Of a DNA stretch of 64,000 nucleotides, positions 28,339 through 37,496 are shown piece after piece (the first letter of the stretch is position 1; every line of letters starts with the position of its first letter). This DNA is from Antedon mediterranea (Eukaryota > Animalia > Echinodermata). Both the position numbers and the translations under genes were made by a program. Under the pieces are notes generated by a model. The model ran no database searches. It was not told where the DNA came from and was given only the letters and a program-made list of their open reading frames with translations. The stretch covers positions 6,505,812 to 6,569,811 of the forward strand of contig NC_092675.1 of NCBI RefSeq assembly GCF_964355755.1. Reading direction: 5' to 3'.

Positions 28339-28787
28339 GCATATAACCATATAACTACATAACGCTGTAGTACTTTTATTAATTAATTAATTAAACAAAT
28401 TAATTAACAAAAAATTAAAAATCCGGCTCTAGACTCGGGTACCCCGAGTAAAAAGCACGAATGTGCGATACTCGGGGTGCAGCAAAAGAAGCTGTAATGA
28501 CGTCATAAGACGGGATGTGACGTCACATACACATCAATAACCTACCAAATACGGCTATATGGTACCATCTTCGAGACGTCATATGGCTGCATCCGGATTG
28601 AAATCTAAAAATCCGGCTCTATAGATTTGAGGACATGTCCCTGTAGTATATTCATGCTAAATCCCAGCTCAATACTACAACTAATAAGGGAGGAGTAGTA
28701 CTTTAACAAGCACGAATGTGCAATACTCGGGGTACAGCGAAAGAAGCTGTATACAGACGTATACAGTTAGAAAGTTAAAGAAAAATA

Positions 28788-28858
28788 GGTTTCGCCAGGG
28801 CTCGAACCGGGACCTTCTGCGTGTTAAGCAGACTTGACAACCACTACACTACGAAACC
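28788..28858 (-). pseudogene. tRNA-Val(AAC)-like cassette type A (further copies 29303-29373 minus, 30383-30459 plus)
   Basis: GGTTTCGTAGTGTAGTGGTTGTCAAGTCTGCTTAACACGCAGAAGGTCCCGGTTCGAGCCCTGGCGAAACC followed by TATTTTT. Acceptor and anticodon stems pair; D and T stems carry mismatches. Confidence 0.75.
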
Positions 28859-31167
28859 TCTTACATTAAAATTGTGGGTTACAGAAAGTTTTTTAATCCA
28901 TTTAAATTACAAATAAATGGTAATAAGCACAAAGCAAAATAAACATGTGTAAAAGTGATAATTACCGATTACACAAAATAAGTATTTAAAAAAATAATAA
29001 TAAGATATACTGTGTATAATTATCATATTGCGTATACAGTACTTTTCACCATAAAGTTTAAAAAAAAAGGTTTAGCCCGGGCTCGAACCAGGTACCTTCT
29101 GCGTATTGAGCAAACGTGATAACCACTACGCCAAGAAGCCGCATATAACTACATAACGCTGTGGTGTGTGTCACACATTGTGGCTTCTTAATTAAACAAA
29201 TTAATTAACAAAAAAGCACGAATGTGCAATACTCGGGGTACAGCGAAAGAAGCTGTATACAGACGTATACAGTTATTTCACCATAAAGTAAAAGAAATCC
29301 GAGGTTTCGCCAGGGCTCAAACCGGGACCTTCTGCGTGTTAAGCAGACTTGACAACCACTACACTACGAAAATCACTTACACTAAAAATGTGGGTTACAG
29401 AAAGTTTTTTAATCCATTTAAATTACAAATAAATATGGTAATAAGCACAAAGAAAAATAAACATGTGTAAAAGTGATAATTACCGATTACACAAAATAAG
29501 TATATAAAAAAATAATAAAAATAAGATATACTGTGTATAATTATCATATTGCGTATAGAGTACTTTTCACCATAACGTTTAAAAAAAAGGTTTCGTCCGG
29601 GCTCGAACCAGGTACCTTCTGCGTGTTAAGCAAACGTGATAACCTCTACGCCAAGAATCCGCATATAACCATATAACTACATAACGCTGTGGTGTGTGTC
29701 AAACATTGTGGATTCTTAATTAAACAAATTAATTAACAAAAAATTAAAAATCCGGCTCTATAGCTTTGAGGACATGTCCCTGTAGTATGTTCATGCCAAA
29801 TCCCAGCTCAATACTACAACGAATAAGGGAGGAGTAGTACTTTAAAAATCGCACTTTTTACTCAATAGTGTCCAGATGGAGGAAGAAGAGGAGAAAATGA
29901 GTAAGTCCTAGACTCGGGTACCCCGAGTAAAAATCGCACTTTTTACTCAATAGTGTCCAGATGGAGGAGAAGGAGAAAATGAGTAAGTACTAGACTCGGG
30001 TACCCCGAGTAAAAAGCACGAATGTGCGATACTCGGGGTGCAGCAAAAGAAGCTGTAATGACGTCATAAGACGGGATGTGACGTCACATAAACATCAATA
30101 ACCTACCAAATACGGCTATATGGTACCATCTTCGAGACGTCATATGGCTGCATCCGGATTGAAATCTAAAAATCCGGCTCTATAGATTTGAGGACATGTC
30201 CCTGTAGTATATTCATGCTAAATTCCAGCTCAATACTACAACTAATAAGGGAGGAGTAGTACTTTAAAAATCGCACTTTTTACTCAATAGTGTCCAGGTG
30301 GAGGAGAAGGAGAAAATGAGTAAGTACTAGACTCGGGTACCCCGAGTAAAAACTTTGTGTAACCCACATTTTTAGTGCAAGAGGTTTCGTAGTGTAGTGG
30401 TTGTCAAGTCTGCTTAACAACACGCAGAAGGTCCCGGTTGTTCGAGCCCTGGCGCAACCTATTTTTCTTTAACTTTATGGTGAAATATACTGTATACGTA
30501 ATATGATATAGAGTATATCTCGTTTTATTACTCGGGGTACCTGAGTCTAGGACTCTCTCATCTTTTCCTCTTCTTCTACCATCCAGACACTATTGAGCAA
30601 AAAGTGCGATTTATAAAGTACTACTCCTCCCTTATTCGTTGTAGTATTGAGCTCGGATATAGCATGAATATACTACAGGGACATGTCCTCAAAGCTATAG
30701 AGCCGGATTTTTTAATTTCAAACCGGATGCAGCCATATCACGTCTCGAAGATGGTACCGTATAGCCGTATTTGGTAGCGCGGTTATTGATGTGTATGTGA
30801 CGTTACATCCGCTCTTATGACGTCATTACAGCTTCTTTCGCTGTACCCCGAGTATCGCACATTCGTGCTTGTTGTTTTCAATCTGTGCTGCAGAGGTTGG
30901 ATATAATTTTTTTTTAAACGGATAATGAGCTAGCGTTTTCACTCGCCGTATATTATGTACAAATCTTTATTATTGCAGTTAAACCACCCACATCATCACC
31001 TTTCCCTCACTGGCATGAGTAGCGTTGTAAAACCAGTAGAGAATAGGCCTACGGTACATCACATGCCCTAAACGCAGAACAACTTTGGTGGGTAGGGTAG
31101 GAACCAACTTAAGTATGAATTGGCTCTAAGAAACAATTGAAAACCATTAGGCCTACTAATTAAGTTG

Positions 31168-31747
31168 AGTTAGATAATTTAATATTTATTGACGATTAAA
31201 TCGAATTTATGATTTTCCCCGAATAGAGGTGGTTTTCACAAATTGTTTTACATTATATTATAAACATATACACGTCGTAGTGATGTATCGTTACATGTGC
31301 TGTACTATTTCAATCGACTAGGACGGTGATAGTTTCAACAAAGTATTACATCGCAATGTTTTACTGTGTTTAGTGGTATATTATTTGTAAAACATGAAAG
31401 CAATTAATATTTCGTTACTAAATGGATAAAGAATATATTTTAACATTGTTCCTCTTTGCACCCATCCTCTTCCCCATCCCTCAACCCTAATGTTACATAC
31501 AAAACACAAATTAAGTTTGTTTAAATTTGACTTAAACAATTGGTCTTATTTTGTGACAAGTTTCTCTTTCGGAAGTAATAGGGTGCTAATTTTAGTTCAG
31601 TACATAAATCACAGTGTCTATTTATTCGTTCCTGTACACGACATTATTATTATTATTGTCCTGCGGTACGTACATTTGAAATCGCCAGTTTTTTAACGCT
31701 GAAATTATTATGTATTCGAGAACCATCTGTGGGCACGACCTAGTGTT
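31168..31747 (+). repeat. ~580-bp dispersed copy of a segment inside the MULE at 51917-52504
   Basis: Near-identical from AGTTAGATAATTTAATATTTATTGACG to GGGCACGACC…TAGTGTT, with a few short indels. Confidence 0.92.
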
Positions 31748-32200
31748 TCATAACATATATCTAGATAGATAGGCCAAGAGGGCTAAACCATTTTAAATAA
31801 TATATAGACAATAATGAATGATTATGAGTGCAATGGCACAAATAATTTCATGAGGTGAAAATAGAAAATGTATTCTTTCACCGAATGAAGCTATTTGTTT
31901 CATCACGAATAGCCTATAAAATATTCATTTTTATTTGATAACATATATCTACTTTAACGATAGGTGAAGGGCAAAACTAATCTGGTGCTCAACTGAAAAT
32001 GGCATGAAAGACTCACTCAATTAAGGGCATACAACATGTAATGGTGTTTACTGGACAGCAATGCCTTGCTATTTGTTAATAATTGATTTGTGTTTATTAA
32101 GAATATATAATAAAATATTATTTTATATAATATTATTTTATATAATATTGTTTTATTATGTAATTTTGTGACTTATATATGTTATCCTTTGTTACAATTC

Positions 32201-32243
32201 TTTTCACCTGATGATGGGCTATGCCCGAAACATGTCGTTAAAA
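32201..32243 (+). ncRNA. Minimal type I hammerhead ribozyme motif of Penelope-like element type
   Basis: TTTTCAC-CTGATGA-T-GGGC TAT GCCC-GAAA-CATG-TC-GTTAAAA: core CUGAUGA/GAAA, stem II, palindromic ACATGT stem III, GUC cleavage triplet, imperfect stem I; AATAAA follows. Confidence 0.7.
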
Positions 32244-32959
32244 TAAATCTATATTGAGGCAGTTTTAACTTATTTGATCTTGATTTTTTTCTATATCCTG
32301 CCTATGCAGCTCTTTGATTTATATATATATATACAGTAATAAAATATTTAGTTAGATTTGATAAAATATATCTACTTTAACGATAGGCCAATTAGAAATA
32401 GCGCTCTTTGAACGCAGAGTATACATATTATTCAGTAAACTACCTCTATTAGTTTATAAAACTATTTTTTGGAGAATGAATGACTTAATACTTTCAAAAG
32501 GTTTGATTCATAGCCTACGGTACGCTTCTACCGTCTAAAAATACTATTAAAAACAGTGACATTGCAACAATAATCTATTATATAATAAAAATAATAGATA
32601 TGTTGTACGAATCATGTTCATCATGTAAATTAAGTAACCAATCACCGAATTGAAGAAATGTCGTGCTATTGAACAAACAATGTGTCGTCACTGTTTCTTT
32701 TGTGAGTATATTCATAATCAGAATTAACATGTTCATTGTCATCTGCAAGTATTGAAATCTACACGAATCAGGAAGACAATAATTCACGCAATAAACGGTA
32801 AGCATTATAGGAGTTTAAACTTAAAATTCACTAACAATTTCGCTACTAAATAAACTACTGTACAATTTATGTTTTTCGTCTTGTACGTTTTACTTATATT
32901 TTTTTTCATTTTAAAGGAACTTCTATTAGAAAAAAGCCTTATTTCTTGTGTAAGGTCAT

Positions 32960-35530
32960 AACACATTAGTTAGTAGCCTATTTTAGTTGTCACGATCTCA
33001 CATTAGTAGCCTATGTTAGTTGTAACGATCTCACAGAAGTAGCCTATGTTAGTTGTCACAATCTCACATTAGTAGACTGATTGATTGATTGAAATATATA
33101 TTTATTATTATTTTATTTTAGTAGACTATGGTAGTTGTCACGATCTTACAAAAATAGCCTATGTTAGTTTTCGTGATCTTACATTAGTAGCCTATAGTAT
33201 TTGTCATGATCTCACAGAAGTAGCCTGTAGTATGTGTCACGATCTCACAGAAGTAGCCTATGGTAGTTGTCACGATCTTACAAAAAAATAGTCTGTTAGT
33301 TGTCGCGATCTTACATTAGTAGCCTATAGTATTTGTCACGATCTCACAGAAGTAGCCTATGGTAGTTGTCACGATCTTACAAAAATAGTCTGTCAGTTGT
33401 CACGGTCTCACATTAGTAGCCTATGGTAGTTGTCACGATCTCACAGAAGTAGCCTATGTTAGTTGTCGCGATCTTACATTAGTAGCCTATAGTATGTGTC
33501 ACGATCTCACAGAACTAGGCTATGGTAGTTGTCGGGATCTTACAAAAATAGTCTGTTAGTTGTCACGGTCTCACATTAGTAGGTGACAACTACCATAGGC
33601 TAGTAGCCTATGGTAGTTGTCACGATCTCACAGAAGTAGCCTTTAGTATTTGTTACAATCTCACATTAGTAGCCTATGCTAGTTGTCACGATCTCACAGA
33701 AGTAGCCTATGTTAGTTGTCACGATCTCACAGAAGTAGCCTATGTTAGTTGTCGCGATCTCACAGAAGTAGCCTATGTTAGTTGTCACGATCTCACAGAA
33801 GTAGCCTATGCTAGTTGTCACGATCTCACAGAAGTAGTCTATGTTAATTGTCACGATCTCACATTAGTAGCCTATGTTAGTTGTCACGATCTCACATTAG
33901 TAGCCTATGTTAGTTGTCGCGATCTCACAGAAGTAGCCTATGTTAGTTGTCACGATCTCACAGAAGTAGCCTATGTTAGTTGTCGCGATCTTACATTAGT
34001 AGCCGATAGTATTTGTCGCGATCTTACATTAGTAGCCTATAGTATTTTTAAAGATCTCACAGAAGTAGCCTATAGTATGTGTCACGATCTCACAGAAGTA
34101 GCCTATGTTAGTTGTCACGATCTTACATTAGTAGCCTATAGTATTTGTCGCGATCTCACATTAGTAGCCTATGGTAGTTGTCACGATCTTACAAAAATAG
34201 TCTATTAGTTGTCGCGATCTTACATTAGTAGCCTATAGTATTTGTCGCGATCTCACATTAGTAGCCTATGGTAGTTGTCGCGATCTTACATTAGTAGCCT
34301 ATAGTATTTTTCACGATCTCACAGAAGTAGTCTATAGAATGTGTCACGGTCTCACAGAAGTAGCCTATGTTAGTTGTCACGATCTCACATTAGTAGCCTA
34401 TGTTAGTTGTCACGATCTCACATTAGTAGCCTATGTTAGTTGTCACGATCTCACATTAGTAGCCTATGTTAGTTGTCACGATCTCACAGAAGTAGCCTAT
34501 GTTAGTTGTCGCGATCTCACAGAAGTAGCCTATGTTAGTTGTCACGATCTCACAGAAGTAGCCTATGTTAGTTGTCGCGATCTTACATTAGTAGCCGATA
34601 GTATTTGTCGCGATCTTACATTAGTAGCCTATAGTATTTTTCACGATCTCACAGAAGTAGCCTATAGTATGTGTCACGATCTCACAGAAGTAGCCTATGT
34701 TAGTTGTCACGATCTTACATTAGTAGCCTATAGTATTTGTCGCGATCTCACATTAGTAGCCTATGGTAGTTGTCACGATCTTACAAAAATAGTCTATTAG
34801 TTGTCGCGATCTTACATTAGTAGCCTATAGTATTTGTCGCGATCTCACATTAGTAGCCTATGGTAGTTGTCACGATCTCACATTAGTAGACTATGTTAGT
34901 TGTCGCGATCTCACATTAGTAGACTATGTTAGTTGTCGCGATCTTACATTAGTAGCCTATGTTAGTTGTCACGATCTCACATTAGTAGACTATGTTAGTT
35001 GTCGCGATCTCACATTAGTAGCCTATGTTAGTTGTCACGATCTCACATTAGTAGACTATGTTAGTTGTCGCGATCTTACATTAGTAGCCTATGTTAGTTG
35101 TCACGATCTCACATTAGTAGACTATGTTAGTTGTCGCGATCTTACATTAGTAGCCTATGTTAGTTGTCACGATCTCACATTAGTAGCCTATGTTAGTTGT
35201 CACGATCTCACAGAAGTAGCCAATGTTAGTTGTCGCGATCTTACATTAGTAGCCTATAGTATTTGTCACGATCTCACAGAAGTAGCCTATAGTATGTGTC
35301 ACGATCTCACAGAAGTAGCCTATGTTAGTTGTCACGATCTTACATTAGTAGCCTATAGTATTTGTCGCAATCTCACATTAGTAGCCTATGGTAGTTGTCA
35401 CGATCTTACAAAAATAGTCTGTTAGTTGTCGCGATCTTACATTAGTAGCCTATAGTATTTGTCGCGATCTCACATTAGTAGCCTATGGTAGTTGTCACGA
35501 TCTTACAAAAATAGTATGTTAGTTGTCGCG
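32960..35530. repeat. 33-bp minisatellite (roughly 75 copies) with higher-order structure, upstream of the intact GPCR
   Basis: Unit GTAGCCTATGTTAGTTGTCACGATCTCACAGAA and variants. The rare variant AGCCGATAGT recurs at 34001 and 34593, implying a ~18-unit block duplication. Confidence 0.97.
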
Positions 35531-35803
35531 GCAGACAAAAAATCAGAAGAGTTTCTAAAAACATAACAAAGTAGAGCAGCCCACTTCCATAAAACAAGAC
35601 AATCGTAAGTACTCTATATATATTTTCTCGTTTTCAGACATGGTCTATCATCGTGAAATATAAATGTTTGCAGTAACATAATATACATATTTCAGATTTC
35701 AAAAATGAGCTTTCTAGTCACCGGAGATACATAATATACATATTTCAAAAATGAGCTTTCTAGTCACCGGAGATACATAAGATACATATTTCAGATTTCA
35801 AAA

Positions 35804-36670
35804 ATGAGCTTTCTAGTCACCGTCGATAAAATTCAACAAGTCTTGATGGTGCTCTGTGTTGCAAGTTTGAGTATTGTGGGTACTGGCGGAAACATGTTCA
35901 CCATTTTCAGTATCCTCACTAAGAAATCACTAAGGATGAAAACTGTCAACTATTTTATTATTAATCTAGCAGTAAGTGACCTACTAACCACTGGTGTAAT
36001 ATGCCCAGGGTGGGTTGCTTCTTTAATTTATAAACGATGTGTATTTTCTGATCTTTACTGTACCATAAATGGCATCATGTTATCTATTGCAACAATTTCA
36101 TCTATTTATACAATTGTACTTATCTCTTTTAGTCGATTTGTATATGTTGTTTACAAAAATCGCTATGTTAAATTATTTACAAGTGTTACAAGTATTGGCA
36201 TGGTCATGTTTACTTGGATAGCATGTATAGCTACAGTTATTCTTCCTAACTTCAACAATTTTAATATAGAATTCCATAAGGGAATACTGATGTGTGCATA
36301 TGCTAGCAGAAGTGGGGCTGCAGTTAGCGGTTTGACTAGCACTGTGGGATTTTGTTTTACTCTAAGTGTTGCGTTCTACGGACTACTTTTTAAGCATGTT
36401 TACAAAAAACGAATACACGTGGAAAACGAAAGAAATCCTGACATTGCTATGTTTAAAACATATTTCATTTTGTTTGTTATGTTCTGTCTAACATATATGC
36501 CTTTTGGAATCATGAAACTGAAAGAGGTTAATGACGAATCCTTATCGTACATTTGGCAAGCCACTATGTTGATATTAGTAGCAAATTCTTGCATGAATCC
36601 TTTCGTATATGGTTGGCGGAACAAAATAATAAGACAGTCATTCCTGAAATTAGTTCAGTGTCAGAAATGA
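35804..36670 (+). CDS. Class A (rhodopsin-like) 7TM orphan GPCR, 288 aa, single coding exon
   Basis: Seven hydrophobic segments; GN (TM1), NLAVSD (TM2), Cys at the top of TM3, SRF in place of DRY, YMP (TM6), NSCMNPFVY (TM7) and helix 8. Confidence 0.93.
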   Translation: MSFLVTVDKIQQVLMVLCVASLSIVGTGGNMFTIFSILTKKSLRMKTVNYFIINLAVSDLLTTGVICPGWVASLIYKRCVFSDLYCTINGIMLSIATISSIYTIVLISFSRFVYVVYKNRYVKLFTSVTSIGMVMFTWIACIATVILPNFNNFNIEFHKGILMCAYASRSGAAVSGLTSTVGFCFTLSVAFYGLLFKHVYKKRIHVENERNPDIAMFKTYFILFVMFCLTYMPFGIMKLKEVNDESLSYIWQATMLILVANSCMNPFVYGWRNKIIRQSFLKLVQCQK

Positions 36671-36926
36671 AGAAAAGTTTTTTCTATAACATTTAATGTA
36701 ATATCTTGATTATGATTGGCTATTGTTTGTCTTTGAATGTACATTTTACAATCAACTATGACAGCTCGCAAAGTTGAGCAAAATCACTCTTATTTTGTAA
36801 ATTTTTTTTGTGTCATTTTTTAAACATAACTTTGAAGAAACAATAACATAGGCTTGCACAGTATAAATTATTTTGAGCATAAGTTAGAATAGGCCTATAT
36901 ACAAATGTGACCTTTTATCTCCCCCA

Positions 36927-37103
36927 ATAAGCGACTTTGATAACTCCAGAGGGCGACATATTTACAAGGTCAATTGGGACAAAAAGTTCTATCTAGGCCT
37001 GAAGCTAGCGCGACGATGCAAATTTACATGACTGTGCTAGTGCCTAGATGGACATTTTTGTCCTAATTCAACTTCGCCTTCTAGCGTTATCAAAGTTGCT
37101 TAT
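36927..37103. mobile_element. MITE-like inverted repeat element
   Basis: ATAAGCGACTTTGATAACTCCAGAGGGCGA pairs with TCGCCTTCTAGCGTTATCAAAGTTGCTTAT. Confidence 0.6.
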
Positions 37104-37496
37104 AGTGATCAATGTAATGATTCTATGGAGGGCTACATATGTGATGCCATTTTGACAAATCAAATTCTAGTATTTATTTATATGCTAATTATTATATCTT
37201 AATACTTGAAAGGTTTCTAATCGACAGTCATTACAAGATGGGGTGAATGGCAAAAGATTTAATTTAAAAAGTCCATGTGAGAAACAAAATCTTTTACAGT
37301 GCACCCCCACCCCCACCACATTTTAACTTTTGAGTAGTAATTATAAACATGATTAAACTGCAGATTTTAATAGAAAAAAAAAGAAATAACCATTAATGGC
37401 CGCTTGTCCTGATAACAAATAAAGCAATTTTCAACTTATATGCTCGATATATGCTAAAATATTTAATACCCTCAGATAAGCCAAAATATTTCACCT

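Larger units (their letters stand above)
28050..30873. mobile_element. Tandem and inverted array of Helentron/HINE-like elements, some carrying tRNA-Val-derived cassettes
   Basis: Repeated head TTTTACTCGGGGTACCCGAGTCTAG and tail GTACCCCGAGTATCGCACATTCGTGCTT. Head-to-tail junctions near 28453 and 30012; an opposite-orientation copy at ~30523-30873. Confidence 0.8.

Noticed and set aside
28267-30459. Functional tRNA-Val gene cluster
   Set aside because: All copies have stem mismatches or small insertions and sit inside repeated mobile-element units, so they are reported as tRNA-derived cassettes.
33085-34800. ORFs with 11-aa CHDLT repeats resembling LRR or metal-binding repeats
   Set aside because: They are translations of the 33-bp minisatellite, frequently interrupted by stops and 2-nt deletions.
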